A stretch of DNA of 64,000 bases from Acidimicrobiia bacterium (GCA_016871275.1 VFZG01000001.1:162998-226997); one strand, 5' to 3'. Counted from the first letter of the stretch, positions 10,264 to 26,715 are shown. The notes: a model not told the origin generated them from the sequence alone. Made by a program: numbers and translations.

Positions 10264-11208
10264 GTGCTAGCCTTTAGAGCTTCCTTGAAGGCATCCAAGC
10301 GCTACACCGTCGTGCTGGCCGACCGAACCACTGGTGTGGTCCGCCGCTTCACCATCAGCGTGAAGCCGGTGGTCGCCGTGGCGGCCACCGTCATAGCGCT
10401 CCCGATCCTCATCGGTACGGGCGCTGCCCTCAAAGCGCGGTTCGACGTAAGAACGTTGTACAGTTCACACGCCACGCTGGAACTTGAGAACGCCAACTAT
10501 CGCGCGGCAACCGAGCAGCTGGCCGGCCAGATCATGGCGCTGCAAGCCGCCATGTCGGAGCTTGATGCCAAGGCCGCACTCGATCCGTCGCTGCAGAATT
10601 CCATGGACAGGCTCCCGGCCGTCGTGAAGGGCCGGGCGATGGGCGGCCCGACGGCCAACACCGCGCTGTCGCTGATCACACCCGGGCTGAGTTCTCCGGA
10701 AGGCACTTTTGGTCTGCTGAAGGATTTGCTGGCCGGCCTCGAGGATCGCCTGCAGTCGGTTCGGAGCGACGTCGACAAGCGCAACCAGCTCGCGGCAGCC
10801 ACGCCCTCGATTTGGCCAACGCACGGATGGTTGTCGTCGAGCATCGGCAACCGCCCCGACCCGCTCACCGGCGAACGCGACTTTCATCCCGGCCTCGACA
10901 TTTCCGCCGACCGCGGCGCTCCGGTCTACGCGACGGCCGACGGCACGGTCACCGGCGCGGCGGCGGCCGGCAACTACGGCAATCTCGTCATCGTCGATCA
11001 CGGCTTCGGACTCGAAACCCGCTACGGCCATCTGTCGGCGTTCAAGGTCAAACAGGGACAGACCGTCAAGCGCGGCGACTTGATCGGCCTCGTCGGCTCC
11101 ACCGGCCGTACCACCGGTGCGCACCTGCACTACGAAGTCCGCGCCAACGGCCGGATTCTGAATCCGCTGCAGTTGCTGCTCAGCCCGCGCCGCGCCCGCG
11201 GCGACTAA
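10264..11208 (+). CDS. M23 family metallopeptidase with N-terminal TM and coiled coil
   Basis: TPSIWP, HPGLD, YGHLS, HLHYEV. Confidence 0.9.
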   Translation: MLAFRASLKASKRYTVVLADRTTGVVRRFTISVKPVVAVAATVIALPILIGTGAALKARFDVRTLYSSHATLELENANYRAATEQLAGQIMALQAAMSELDAKAALDPSLQNSMDRLPAVVKGRAMGGPTANTALSLITPGLSSPEGTFGLLKDLLAGLEDRLQSVRSDVDKRNQLAAATPSIWPTHGWLSSSIGNRPDPLTGERDFHPGLDISADRGAPVYATADGTVTGAAAAGNYGNLVIVDHGFGLETRYGHLSAFKVKQGQTVKRGDLIGLVGSTGRTTGAHLHYEVRANGRILNPLQLLLSPRRARGD

Positions 11209-11310
11209 TCCTCCCGTTCCCCCTCCGGTCGCGCGGACGCACACGGTCGACGTGGCGCCCGCAAGGTATACTTATGTGATTGTCAGCCTCGGCTGACGGT
11301 GTCCTGCTCA

Positions 11311-15813
<4,503 letters not shown>

Positions 15814-15819
15814 GGCGTC

Positions 15820-16119
15820 CTATCGACGCCGGCGTGGCTTTGGCGGGTGGGCACCACCATTCAACTGTTCCCCCGGAGTCTTGATCCGGTCGACCACCTC
15901 GTCGTGCAACACGCGCATCTGTCGGCGCGTTTCATCATTCATCTCGTGCATCTGACGACGTGTCTCGCCCTCGCTCTCTCGAGTCAGACGGCGCGTCTCC
16001 TCATCGCCTTCCCGGATTTCCTGCCGGAGTCCCTCGCGTAGCGTACGGCACTCCAGGCGCACCTCGTCCCTGAACACTTCCAGCGCTTCGACGCGTTCGG
16101 TGAGGGATCCATCCACCAT
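15820..16119 (-). CDS. Small hypothetical coiled-coil protein with 11-residue ETRR repeats
   Basis: MVDGSLTERVEALE...GDEETRRLTRE SEGETRRQMHE MNDETRRQMRV LHDEV; coding-like composition; start chosen by eye. Confidence 0.55.
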   Translation of the reverse strand: MVDGSLTERVEALEVFRDEVRLECRTLREGLRQEIREGDEETRRLTRESEGETRRQMHEMNDETRRQMRVLHDEVVDRIKTPGEQLNGGAHPPKPRRRR

Positions 16120-16187
16120 CGACGACGACGGTAGCATCGTCTCGGGTGGGTTGAAACAGGCAAGCACTGCCATAGAATGACCGGGCC

Positions 16188-17489
16188 ATGCGCGCATTTC
16201 TTGCACTGTTGTCCCTCGCGACCGCAACCAACGCGGCCGCGCAGCCACTCACCATCTTCAGCTCCAACGCCACCACGGCGTTGATTGAGGAGCTGGCGCC
16301 TCAATACGAGAAGACTACCGGACAACAGCTCACGCTGGTGTTCGACAGCTCGGCGTCGCTGAGGACGCGCATCGAGAAGGGCGAGGCGTTCGATGTCCTG
16401 GCAGCCACCGCCCCCACTGTCGCCGCGCTGGCGAAGTCCGGGCGAATCGATCAGGCGTCAAGGACCGACATGGCCCGTGCCGGCGTCGGCATGGCGATTC
16501 ACCGGCAGGGCACAAGGCCCTACGTGGACTCGATCGATACGCTCAGAGGCGCGCTGGTGACCGCAGAATCCATTACCTATGTTGAACAGGGTGCGACGGC
16601 GTCGGTGCTGCGCGGCCTCTTCGCCAAGCTCGGCCTGACCGAGGCCATGGATTCGAAAACGGTGTATTCCGACAGCGCGGCCCATGCCGTGGCCGAAGGC
16701 AAGGCGCAGATTGGATTCACGCAGATCAGCGAGATCCTCAATGTGGCCGGGGCGCTGTACGCCGGCCCGCTGCCGCCGGACGTGCAGGTCTACACCACGT
16801 TCACGGCCGGCGCACATCCGAAAGCACCGGCGGCGGCGAAGCAGTTCATCGCCTTCATGACCAGCGCGCAGGCCGCGCCGGTGATTCGCAAGACCGGCAT
16901 GGAGACGCTCGCCGGCGATCGACTGCCGCCGATTCCCGCGGCGCAGTTGACGCCAGCCCAGCGCGAAGCGGTGGATGCGTTCAAGACCGCGCGGGGTGGA
17001 GACATCACCGGCCCGTTCCACCCGTTACTTCGCAGTCCGGAGCTGATGATGCGGACACGGGCGATGGGCGACTACCTTCGTTTCAGGAGCGCGTTGCCGC
17101 CCCGGCTTAGTGAATTCGTGATCCTGATGACCGCGCGCGAATGGATGCAGCAATACGAATGGAACGCGCACTATCCCATTGCCCTGAAGGCCGGGCTGCG
17201 CAAGGACATCGCGGATGCGGTCGGCGAAGGCCGGCGGCCCTCCCAGATGGCGGCCGATGAAGCTGCGCTCTACGAGTTCTGCCAGGAGTTGCACCGCAAC
17301 AAAACGGTCAGCGACGCGACCTATGCGCAGGCGGTGGCCGCATTCGGTGAGCACGGTATCGTCGACGCCATCGGCATCTCCGGCTACTACTCCATGCTGG
17401 CGATGGTGCTGAACACGGCGCGCACTCCGACCACCGATAACGGCAGCCCGATGCTCCGGCCGGTCTCTGGATCGCCGTCGCCAAAATGA
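16188..17489 (+). CDS. Fusion of a ModA-like periplasmic substrate-binding domain and a carboxymuconolactone decarboxylase (AhpD/CMD)-like domain
   Basis: Signal peptide; SBP motifs (RIEKGEAFDV, VAEGKAQIGFTQISE, GPLPPDVQ); then RLPP..., GPFHPLLRSPEL, EFVILMTAR..QYEWNAH, GYYSMLAMVLN. Confidence 0.8.
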   Translation: MRAFLALLSLATATNAAAQPLTIFSSNATTALIEELAPQYEKTTGQQLTLVFDSSASLRTRIEKGEAFDVLAATAPTVAALAKSGRIDQASRTDMARAGVGMAIHRQGTRPYVDSIDTLRGALVTAESITYVEQGATASVLRGLFAKLGLTEAMDSKTVYSDSAAHAVAEGKAQIGFTQISEILNVAGALYAGPLPPDVQVYTTFTAGAHPKAPAAAKQFIAFMTSAQAAPVIRKTGMETLAGDRLPPIPAAQLTPAQREAVDAFKTARGGDITGPFHPLLRSPELMMRTRAMGDYLRFRSALPPRLSEFVILMTAREWMQQYEWNAHYPIALKAGLRKDIADAVGEGRRPSQMAADEAALYEFCQELHRNKTVSDATYAQAVAAFGEHGIVDAIGISGYYSMLAMVLNTARTPTTDNGSPMLRPVSGSPSPK

Positions 17490-17726
17490 TCCCCGTTTCA
17501 CTCAACCGGTATCCTCACCATCGTCGGCGCTGCTGTCCATGGCAGGCGTGGCGCTCCTCATCGTCGATCACTGGCACACAGCCCTCTACGTAAAAGAACT
17601 ACACAGCCCCAATCGCAAGCTGGGCAGAACACTCCTACGCGAACTTGACATCCGCATCGGCGAGTGAACGGCCGTTCGGATCCTAGACGGTGCCTGACGC
17701 GCCACCGCGGTTCGCACCGCGGTTTC

Positions 17727-17872
17727 GGGGGCTGGCCCCAAACGTCGCTCCTTGCGACAGAGAGTGCCACTCTAGACCGCGCAACTGTTCCTAGGCGGTC
17801 TCCGTACGACATTTGGGGCCAGCCCCCGAGTGACAGCCGGCGTCGCTAGGGCGACGTTTGGGGCCAGCCCCC
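17727..17872. repeat. Three REP-like copies of GGGGGCTGGCCCCAAAYGTCG (one forward, two reverse)
   Basis: 17727-17748 (+), 17807-17827 (-), 17851-17872 (-); each has an internal GGGG..CCCC hairpin; between convergent genes. Confidence 0.8.
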
Positions 17873-18292
17873 GGACTGTTCGACGGTTACGGTGCGACGG
17901 TTGGCGCCGAGATCGGTGAGGTGAATGGCGACGGCGCCGGCGTGGCGGCGAATGAGCCGCTCGGGCCACTCCACGGCCGTCACTCCCGTGCCGGCCAGAT
18001 CCTGATCGAGACCGATGTCGTCCAGATCGGCGCGATCGAGGCGATACAGGTCGACATGAATCAGCGGCAGCCGGCCACCACGATACTCATGGACCAGCGT
18101 GAACGTGGGGCTCGTCACTTGGTCTGCCATGATGCCGAGGCCCTCGGCCAGGCCGCGCACGAACACGGTCTTGCCGGCGCCCAGATCTCCCGACAGCAGC
18201 AGTACAACGCCCGGCGCCAGGCCGGCCGCCAACCTCGACGCGATCGCTCGCGTGTCGGCCTCGGAGTTGGAGGTGAATGCGCGGGCGCTCAC
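17846..18292 (-). CDS. tsaE: tRNA threonylcarbamoyladenosine biosynthesis ATPase TsaE
   Basis: GDLGAGKT, VTSPTFTLVHEY, HVDLYRL, VEWPE; follows nnr as usual. Confidence 0.95.
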   Translation of the reverse strand: MSARAFTSNSEADTRAIASRLAAGLAPGVVLLLSGDLGAGKTVFVRGLAEGLGIMADQVTSPTFTLVHEYRGGRLPLIHVDLYRLDRADLDDIGLDQDLAGTGVTAVEWPERLIRRHAGAVAIHLTDLGANRRTVTVEQSGGWPQTSP

Positions 18293-19869
18293 TCGCTCTG
18301 CTTGGTGGCGACGCGGCGGCGCGCCGTCACTTCGAGAATCGCGTCGCCGATGTGATCCACCAGATCGCCGGCGGTCATCGAGACCTCACCGTTGTCAGCA
18401 TCCGCCAGCTCGCCCGCCGCGCCGTGGAGATACACCGCCAGCCTGCAGGCCGCCTGGGCGTCGAGCAATTGCGCCAGCCAGGCTCCCAGCATGCCCGCCA
18501 GTACGTCGCCAGTGCCACCGGTCGCCATACCAGGGCACCCTGTGGGATTCACGTAGACACGCTCCTCCGGCGTGACAACGAGCGTGCGATAGCCCTTCAG
18601 CACGACATACAGCTTGTGGCGTCTGGCAAAGTCCGTGGCAATGCCAATACGATCTGCTTGCAGATCCTCAACCGTACAGCCAACCAGTCGCGCCATCTCG
18701 CCAGGGTGCGGCGTGATGATCACATCGCGGCCTTCGCGGCCGACCAGCAGCGCCGGTTCATCCGCAAACGCATTCAGTGCATCGGCGTCCAGCACCAGCG
18801 GGCCTTCATACTTATCGAGCAACTCGCGCACGAACGTCGTCACGCCCTCACCGCGCCCGAGGCCCGGTCCCGCAACGATGACGTCCGCACCGAAGTCCAG
18901 GACGTCGTCCGCCGCCGAGTAGTAGATGGTGCCCTCGGCCGTCTCGTCGAGCCCTTCGGTCATGTACTCGATACCGTGAGCCGCGATGAGGGGCTGGCAG
19001 GATCTCGGCGACGCGACCGTCACCAGCCCCGCCCCCGCGCGCAGCGCGCCCTGTGCGCACAGCACCGCGGCACCCGACTTCCCCATCGACCCGGCCACGA
19101 CGAGGACGCGCCCAAAATCGCCCTTGTGCGCCTCGAGGCCGCGCGGCTGAATCAGCGCGCGCATCTGGTCGCGGGTCATGAGGTCGATGCGCGGCCCCTC
19201 GAGTTGCTCGAACACCTCGGACGGAATGCCGATGTCGGCGATCACGACCTCGCCGGCCTTCATTTCGGCTGGCGGCAGCACCAGCGGCAACTTCGGCGCG
19301 CCCAGCGTCACGGTGACCGTCGCCTCAATCGCGTCGCCGATCAAGTCAGCGCTATCGGCCGACATGCCCGACGGCAGATCGATCGACACGATCGGCACGC
19401 CGGCTTCGTTGATGTCGGCGACGACCGTTTCGAGAAACCCCGCCAGCGGCGTCGACAGGCCAATACCGAAGATCGCATCGATGATCAGGTCGTGTCCGGC
19501 AATCTCGGCGCCGTGCAGCTCCCACGCCGTCTCGTCGGCCACTTCGACCACGGTCTGGCCGATGTTGCCGAGGATCGTCAGGTTGGTGCGCGCGTCACCC
19601 TTGACCTCGCTCAACCGGCCGATCACGAACACCGACACGTCGAAGCCGCGCTGCAGCATCGTGCGCGCCACCACGAATCCGTCGCCGCCATTGTTGCCCT
19701 TGCCGCACACGATGGCAATCTGGCGCTCGGCAAGATCGGGATACAGGGATTCAATCGCAGCGACGACCTGGCGGCCGGCGTTCTCCATCAGGACCAGCGA
19801 GGCGATGCCGACGTCCTGGATGGCGCGACGGTCGGCCTCGCGCATCTGGTCTGCGTTGAGGATGCGCAT
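18289..19869 (-). CDS. nnr: Bifunctional NAD(P)H-hydrate epimerase/dehydratase Nnr (YjeF)
   Basis: Start MRILNADQMREAD (ATG 19869); LMENAG, GKGNNGGDG, HKGDFG, GPGLG, LDADAL, TPHPGEMARL, GGTGDVLAG. Confidence 0.95.
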   Translation of the reverse strand: MRILNADQMREADRRAIQDVGIASLVLMENAGRQVVAAIESLYPDLAERQIAIVCGKGNNGGDGFVVARTMLQRGFDVSVFVIGRLSEVKGDARTNLTILGNIGQTVVEVADETAWELHGAEIAGHDLIIDAIFGIGLSTPLAGFLETVVADINEAGVPIVSIDLPSGMSADSADLIGDAIEATVTVTLGAPKLPLVLPPAEMKAGEVVIADIGIPSEVFEQLEGPRIDLMTRDQMRALIQPRGLEAHKGDFGRVLVVAGSMGKSGAAVLCAQGALRAGAGLVTVASPRSCQPLIAAHGIEYMTEGLDETAEGTIYYSAADDVLDFGADVIVAGPGLGRGEGVTTFVRELLDKYEGPLVLDADALNAFADEPALLVGREGRDVIITPHPGEMARLVGCTVEDLQADRIGIATDFARRHKLYVVLKGYRTLVVTPEERVYVNPTGCPGMATGGTGDVLAGMLGAWLAQLLDAQAACRLAVYLHGAAGELADADNGEVSMTAGDLVDHIGDAILEVTARRRVATKQSE

Positions 19870-20010
19870 CGCTTCGAACTGTAGCATCTGGCAAGGCTCG
19901 CCGCGCGACAATGAGCGGCTTGCCTCGCCAGGGCTATTTCGCTTGGCCCACCTCCGGCGGGCGGCAACATAGCCACAATGCCCCGACCCGGCGGTTCCAC
20001 CACCGCTGGT

Positions 20011-20514
20011 GTGAAGTACCTCGCGATCTACGGCGCCTGCGGCGGCATGCTGATCGTCGCCATGCAGTTCGTGGAGTATCGCTTCCTGTTCCTCCAGTGC
20101 TCGGTCGAGGTCTAGGCGGCCATCGTCGCCGCGGCTTTCGCCGCGGTCGGCATCTGGCCGGGGCTGACAATCACCGGGCGCAAGGTGGTGGTCAAGCAAG
20201 TGCCAGTCGAAGTGCCGGTGCCGGCCGTGCCGTTCGTCACCAACCGGGCGAAGATCGACGAGCTCGGCATCACCCCACGCGAGCTGGAGGTCCTCCAGTA
20301 GATTGCCGACGGACTGAGCAACCAGGAGAGGGCCGATCGGCTGTTGGTGAGCCAACACCCGGTGAAGACCCATACCAGCCGCGTGTTCGACAAGCTTGGG
20401 GCAAGCCGCCGGACCCAGGCCGTCCAGCTGGCCAAGAGCCACCGCCTCATCGCCTGGATGGGTGATTTCAGGCCTGACGCCCCTTATTCGGCGCAGAATC
20501 ATCCGAACGTATGA
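20011..20514 (+). pseudogene. Membrane-anchored LuxR/NarL-type HTH regulator, two in-frame stops
   Basis: GTG 20011: KYLAIYG..VEYRF..SVEV*AAIV..GITPRELEVLQ*IADGLSNQE.ADRL.VS..VKTHTSRVFDKLGASRRTQAV; TAG at 20113 and 20299. Confidence 0.85.
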
Positions 20515-20549
20515 CGACGAACCCGGGCTCTGACCGCTAGTGTGACGCC

Positions 20550-20888
20550 ATGAAAAAGACTGTCCTCGCCTTCGGTATCCTCTCGGGCGTGGTCTCGGCT
20601 GCCATGATGGCCTCGACCGTTCCCTTCATCGACACGATTGGAGTCGACAACGGCGTCTTCGTCGGCTGCACCGCCATCGTCATTTCCTTCCTGTTGGTCT
20701 ACTTTGGCATCCGCTGCTACCGCGACAACGTGCCCGGAGGCCAGGTCACGTTCGCCAAGGGCGCCAGCCAGGCCGAAGTCGACGACATGATTCAACAGGA
20801 TGAACAGGCCGAGCAGATGCTGGCCAACCCGCTGATCAACGCCGCGGTCACCTCTTCACCGAACCATTCCCGGTCGGCCTGGTCATGA
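20550..20888 (+). pseudogene. Truncated DUF4199-like membrane protein
   Basis: MKKTVLAFGILSG..FLLVYFGIR.YRDN..GG.VTFAKG then an abrupt internal deletion/frameshift. Confidence 0.6.
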
Positions 20889-21088
20889 CGCTGATTGCAT
20901 CGGCGATGGTGAAGGAGCAGGATGCGCAGAGCGTCGACCCATTCACCGACGTCCGCGAGCTCCAGAAGGCGCTGCAGGCCGCGGGCGTGACGCTGACGGC
21001 CGAAGCCGACCAAGCCACGACCGGGCCGGCGCACATTACGCTGACCGATCCGGATGGCAACCCCATCCTGATCGATCAGCACCGTTGA
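20885..21088 (+). pseudogene. C-terminal fragment of a VOC/glyoxalase family protein
   Basis: FTDVRELQKAL..G....EAD..TTGPA.I.L.DPDGNPILIDQH; N-terminal half missing. Confidence 0.7.
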
Positions 21089-21092
21089 GCCG

Positions 21093-22229
21093 TTACCGCG
21101 CGCGCCAGGGGGCGCGGATCAGCAGCTTGGGATCCGCGCCCTGCTTCGGCACGAACTTCTGCGTGCGGCCGTACTGGTTGTCGCCGCCGTAGAGGTTGCC
21201 GGCGGAATCTACGCTGAAGGTGTGCACTTCGAGGTAGCCGTCCGGCAGGTCCGGCGGCACCAGCCACGTGTAGAGCTGATTGCCCTTGAAGTCGTACTTG
21301 ATGAAGCGCAGCGGCTTCAGGTCCGTGATCCACAGGCTGTCGTCGTTGACAATGATGTCGAGCGGCAGCGAGAGGCCGGGCCACGCCTCGACGAATTCCA
21401 CCGTGCCGGGCTCCCTGGTAGTCCTGAAGACGTTGATGCGGCCGCCGGATCGATCGAGCGCGTAGATGCGGTCGTTGGGCCCGAGCGCCACGGCATGCAC
21501 ACCGGAGAATTGTCCCGGGCCCTTGCCGTTGCTGCCGAACTCGCCAAGATATTTGAAGTCCTTGTCGATGATCATCACCCGGTGGTTGTCGAGGCCATCG
21601 GCAATCAGCACACGGCCATCGGGCAGAAATGCCACGTCTTGTGGCCTGGCGAAGTGTGTCTGGTCGTTGCCAGGCACGTTCTTCTCGCCCAGCGTCTTCA
21701 GCAGCTTCTTGCCGTCGTTCGAAAACACGTAAATCTGATGGAATGTCTCGTTGATCAGCCACACCCGCCGGTCGCGATCGTACGGGCTGATGCGAATGCG
21801 GTGCGGGCCCGGGCCGGGTGATCCCTCACACAGGCTGTCCCACTGCGTCCACCGCTCCTTCACCCGGCCGTTGGCGTCGAGCGTGTAGAGGCAGTTCTGC
21901 CACACGCGGCGATCGACGGCGTTGAGGACGTTGAACTTGATGGAGCCGGCAAAGCCCGCGAAACCGGGCGGCACCGGATCGGGCAGGCGAAACTCGCCGC
22001 GCTGCGCCACGAAGATGCGATTGGGAGACTCCGCGAAGACGCCGGAGTTGCCGCCAAATGCGAAGCCCGGCGCGGCAAAGGGCTTATGCCAGCCGGAAAC
22101 GACATCGTAGGGGCTGGGGCCGACGGGGCCAGCCGCCGTCGCCGGCTGCTGGCCTGCGAGCGCGAGAGCGCTGGCGGCGAGTACCAGGCACCCTGCCAAC
22201 CAGGCGCCATGCAGCCTGGCATTGGGCAA
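21093..22229 (-). CDS. Exported NHL-repeat beta-propeller protein (peptidyl-alpha-hydroxyglycine lyase-like)
   Basis: Signal-like N-terminus; NHL repeats (FARPQDVAFLPDGRVLIADG..NHRV; GKGPGQFSGVHAVA..IYALDR); start approximate (TTG 22229). Confidence 0.75.
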   Translation of the reverse strand: MPNARLHGAWLAGCLVLAASALALAGQQPATAAGPVGPSPYDVVSGWHKPFAAPGFAFGGNSGVFAESPNRIFVAQRGEFRLPDPVPPGFAGFAGSIKFNVLNAVDRRVWQNCLYTLDANGRVKERWTQWDSLCEGSPGPGPHRIRISPYDRDRRVWLINETFHQIYVFSNDGKKLLKTLGEKNVPGNDQTHFARPQDVAFLPDGRVLIADGLDNHRVMIIDKDFKYLGEFGSNGKGPGQFSGVHAVALGPNDRIYALDRSGGRINVFRTTREPGTVEFVEAWPGLSLPLDIIVNDDSLWITDLKPLRFIKYDFKGNQLYTWLVPPDLPDGYLEVHTFSVDSAGNLYGGDNQYGRTQKFVPKQGADPKLLIRAPWRAR

Positions 22230-22234
22230 TCGGT

Positions 22235-25117
22235 CTACGCGTAGGCTTCCATTGGCGGACAGATGCATATGAGGTTCCGATCGCCATAAGGATTGTCGAT
22301 CCGGCCCACGCTAGGCCAGAACTTATTGGCCCGGACCCAGGGCAGCGGATAGGCTGCCTGTTCACGCGAATAGGGGTGCGACCATTCGTTGATGGAAACC
22401 GCGCTGGCAGTGTGGGGGGCATTCTTCAGGACGTTATCTGTCGCGTCCGCCTTGCCCGTCACCACGTCCTCGATCTCCTGGCGGATGGCGATCAGCGCAT
22501 CGCAGAAGCGATCGAGTTCCGCCTTCGGCTCGCTCTCGGTCGGTTCAATCATCAGTGTGCCCGGCACCGGGAACGAGACCGTCGGCGCGTGAAAACCGAA
22601 GTCCATCAGCCGCTTGGCCACATCACCCTCTTCGACACCCTTGGCCTTGAAGGCGCGCAGGTCGAAGATCATCTCGTGCGCCACGCGGCCGTTCTGGCGC
22701 GTGTAGAGCACGTCGTAATGCTTCTCGAGCCTCGACTTGATGTAGTTGGCGTTGAGAATGGCGTAGCGTGTCGCGTCGGTGACGCCCGTGCCGCCGAGCA
22801 TGCGGATGTAGCCGTACGAGATCAACAGGATGCTCGCGCTGCCCCACGGCGCCGCGGAGATCGGCGGGATGGCCTGCTCACCGCCGACCGTGACCAGCGG
22901 GTGGCCGGGCAGAAACGGCGCCAGGTGCTTCGCCACACCGATCGGGCCCATTCCGGGACCGCCGCCGCCGTGCGGAATCGCGAACGTCTTATGAAGATTC
23001 AGATGGCACACGTCGGCGCCAATCGTCGCCGGGCTCGTGAGCCCGACCTGCGCGTTCATGTTGGCGCCGTCCATGTAGACCTGGCCGCCGTAGTGGTGAA
23101 TGGTCGCGCAGATGTCGATGATCGAGTCCTCGAACACCCCGTGCGTCGAGGGGTAGGTGATCATCAGGCCCGCGAGATCCCTGGCGTGCTCTTCGGCCTT
23201 CTTCTTCAAATCGGCGACGTCGACGTTGCCGTTCGCATCCGACGCCACGACCACGACCTTGAAGCCGGCCATGATGGCGCTGGCCGGATTGGTGCCGTGC
23301 GCCGATGCGGGAATCAGCACCACGTCGCGCGCGTCATCGCCGCGTGACTGGTGGTAGGCGCGCATCACCTCGAGGCCGGCAAACTCCCCCTGCGCGCCAG
23401 AGTTCGGCTGCAGCGACACCGCCGCAAAGCCCGTGATCTCGCACAGCGCGGCCTCGAGCTCGTCGGTGATCTGCCGGTAGCCCTCGACCTGGTCGGCTGG
23501 CGCGAACGGATGAATGCGCGAGAACTCCTCCCAGGACACCGGGTACATCTCGGTGGCGGCGTTGAGCTTCATCGTGCAGGACCCGAGCGGAATCATCGAC
23601 GTGTCGAGACCCACGTCCTTACGCTCGAGGCTACGCACGTACCGCATCATCTCGCTCTCGGAGCGATGCGTATTGAAGACCGGATGCGTCAAGTACGGCG
23701 TCTTGCGCTGCAGCGCCGCCGGCCAGGTCGGACCCTCACCACCTGTCTCCAGGGCGACGGCGCCCTGGTTCTTGCCCTTCGCCATCGCGAAGATGTCGAT
23801 CACGGTCACAAGATCGTTCTGCGTGACCGTTTCGTCAAACGAGATGCCGACGGCGGTGTCGCCCACGTAGCGGAAGTTGATGCCCGCCGCTTCAGCGGCC
23901 GTGCGAATCGCCTTCGACGTCCGCACGTCGGCGACCACGCGCAGCGTGTCGAAGTAGTGCAGGTTCGTCTGCTGGTATCCAAGCGACTGCAGCGCCGTGT
24001 CGAGCGAACGCGTCAGGGCGTGCACGCGGGTCGCGATCGCCTTGATGCCGTCGGGGCCGTGATACACCGCATACATCGCCGCCATGTTGGCCAGCAGCGC
24101 CTGTGCGGTGCAGATGTTCGACGTCGCCTTCTCGCGGCGGATGTGCTGTTCCCGCGTCTGCAGCGACATGCGGTAGGCGCGATGTCCGTGCGCGTCAATC
24201 GACACGCCGATCACGCGGCCGGGCATGTGCCGGACGAATGCCTGGCTGGTGGCGAAGAACGCGGCGTGCGGGCCGCCGAACCCCATCGGCACGCCGAAGC
24301 GCTGCGAGTTGCCGAACACGCAGTCCGCGCCGGCCTCGCCCGGCGACGTGGCCAGCGCCAGCGCCAGCAGGTCTGTCGCCACCGCGACCTTCACGTTGGC
24401 CGCGTGCGCCCGATCGATGAACGGCGTCAGATCGTCCAGGCGGCCGTGTTCGTCCGGATACTGCACCAGCGCGCCGAACACGCCGGGCGCATCCAGCTGC
24501 ATCTGCTCGACTGGCCCGATCTTCAACTCGATGCCCAGCGGTTCGGCTCGGCTGCGCAGCACTTCGACGGTCTGCGGGAAGCAGCGGTCGGACACCAGGA
24601 ACGTGCCGTGCGCGTCGCCCAGCTTCTTGCCGGACATGCGATGCAGCAGCGTCATGGCCTCGCCGGCCGCGGTGCCTTCATCCAGCAGCGACGCGTTGGC
24701 CACCGCCATCCCCGTCAGGTCGCACACCATCGTCTGGAAGTTCAGCAACGACTCGAGGCGGCCTTGCGCAATCTCCGCCTGATACGGCGTATAGGGCGTG
24801 TACCAACCCGTATTTTCGAAGAGGCAGCGGCGAATCACGCTCGGCGTCAGCGTGTCGGAATAGCCAAGGCCAATGAAGCTTCGGAACACCTTGTTCTTCC
24901 TGGCGATCGTCTTGAGGCGCGCGAGATACGTGGACTCGCTTTCGCCGTCGGGAAGAGTGAGCGCGGATGTCAGGCGGATGCTGGCGGGAATCGCTTCATC
25001 GATCAGCGCATCGAGCGACGAGGCGCCGACCGCCTTCAACATCTCCGCGACATCGTCTCCGCGCGGGCCGATGTGGCGTTTGGCAAAGGTATCGAGGGGC
25101 AAGAAAGCCTGTGTCAC
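22235..25117 (-). CDS. gcvP: Glycine dehydrogenase (decarboxylating), P protein
   Basis: [54 protein letters not shown]; GTG 25117 overlaps the gcvH stop. Confidence 0.97.
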   Translation of the reverse strand: MTQAFLPLDTFAKRHIGPRGDDVAEMLKAVGASSLDALIDEAIPASIRLTSALTLPDGESESTYLARLKTIARKNKVFRSFIGLGYSDTLTPSVIRRCLFENTGWYTPYTPYQAEIAQGRLESLLNFQTMVCDLTGMAVANASLLDEGTAAGEAMTLLHRMSGKKLGDAHGTFLVSDRCFPQTVEVLRSRAEPLGIELKIGPVEQMQLDAPGVFGALVQYPDEHGRLDDLTPFIDRAHAANVKVAVATDLLALALATSPGEAGADCVFGNSQRFGVPMGFGGPHAAFFATSQAFVRHMPGRVIGVSIDAHGHRAYRMSLQTREQHIRREKATSNICTAQALLANMAAMYAVYHGPDGIKAIATRVHALTRSLDTALQSLGYQQTNLHYFDTLRVVADVRTSKAIRTAAEAAGINFRYVGDTAVGISFDETVTQNDLVTVIDIFAMAKGKNQGAVALETGGEGPTWPAALQRKTPYLTHPVFNTHRSESEMMRYVRSLERKDVGLDTSMIPLGSCTMKLNAATEMYPVSWEEFSRIHPFAPADQVEGYRQITDELEAALCEITGFAAVSLQPNSGAQGEFAGLEVMRAYHQSRGDDARDVVLIPASAHGTNPASAIMAGFKVVVVASDANGNVDVADLKKKAEEHARDLAGLMITYPSTHGVFEDSIIDICATIHHYGGQVYMDGANMNAQVGLTSPATIGADVCHLNLHKTFAIPHGGGGPGMGPIGVAKHLAPFLPGHPLVTVGGEQAIPPISAAPWGSASILLISYGYIRMLGGTGVTDATRYAILNANYIKSRLEKHYDVLYTRQNGRVAHEMIFDLRAFKAKGVEEGDVAKRLMDFGFHAPTVSFPVPGTLMIEPTESEPKAELDRFCDALIAIRQEIEDVVTGKADATDNVLKNAPHTASAVSINEWSHPYSREQAAYPLPWVRANKFWPSVGRIDNPYGDRNLICICPPMEAYA

Positions 25118-25491
25118 TTTTGAATCAATGCCTCGTAGGCGGCCGCATCCATCAGCGTGGCCGCTTCGCCTGGGCTGCTGAGCTTCACCTTCACCATCCA
25201 CGCTTCGTGCGGCTTGCTGTTGACGTGATCGGGGTGATCTTTCAGCGAGCTGTTGGCCTCGATCACCTCGCCGGTGACAGGCGCGAACAACTCCGACACC
25301 GCCTTCACGGACTCGATGGTGCCGAATACCGTGCCGGCCGTGACGGTGGAGCCCACCTCCGGCAGTTCGACGTAGACCACGTCGCCGAGCTGTTGCTGCG
25401 CGAAGTCGGTGATGCCGACGGTGCCGGTGTCACCTTCAACGCGAATCCACTCATGTTCCTTCGTGTAGTTCAGGTCGGTTGGGTAAGCCAT
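25114..25491 (-). CDS. gcvH: Glycine cleavage system H protein
   Basis: HEW, GITDFAQ..LGDVV, lipoyl motif IESVKAVS. Confidence 0.97.
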   Translation of the reverse strand: MAYPTDLNYTKEHEWIRVEGDTGTVGITDFAQQQLGDVVYVELPEVGSTVTAGTVFGTIESVKAVSELFAPVTGEVIEANSSLKDHPDHVNSKPHEAWMVKVKLSSPGEAATLMDAAAYEALIQK

Positions 25492-25530
25492 GGATGTGTC
25501 CTGCGGGCTCGAGGTTTGCGGCCTGCCCGC

Positions 25531-26670
<1,140 letters not shown>

Positions 26671-26715
26671 GAGGGTGGCGACCGATCGAAAGGTACTATG
26701 CTATTCCATGAAGGG

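Noticed and set aside
17539-17667. 42-aa ORF MAGVALLIVDHWHTALYV...
   Set aside because: Short, no RBS or recognisable motif; may be a gene fragment but cannot be supported.
20011-20514. Amber readthrough or pyrrolysine recoding of the two in-frame TAGs in the LuxR gene
   Set aside because: The two sites correspond to different expected residues (Tyr-like and Leu-like), neighbouring genes are also broken, and many intact genes here end in TAG; this is simple pseudogenisation.
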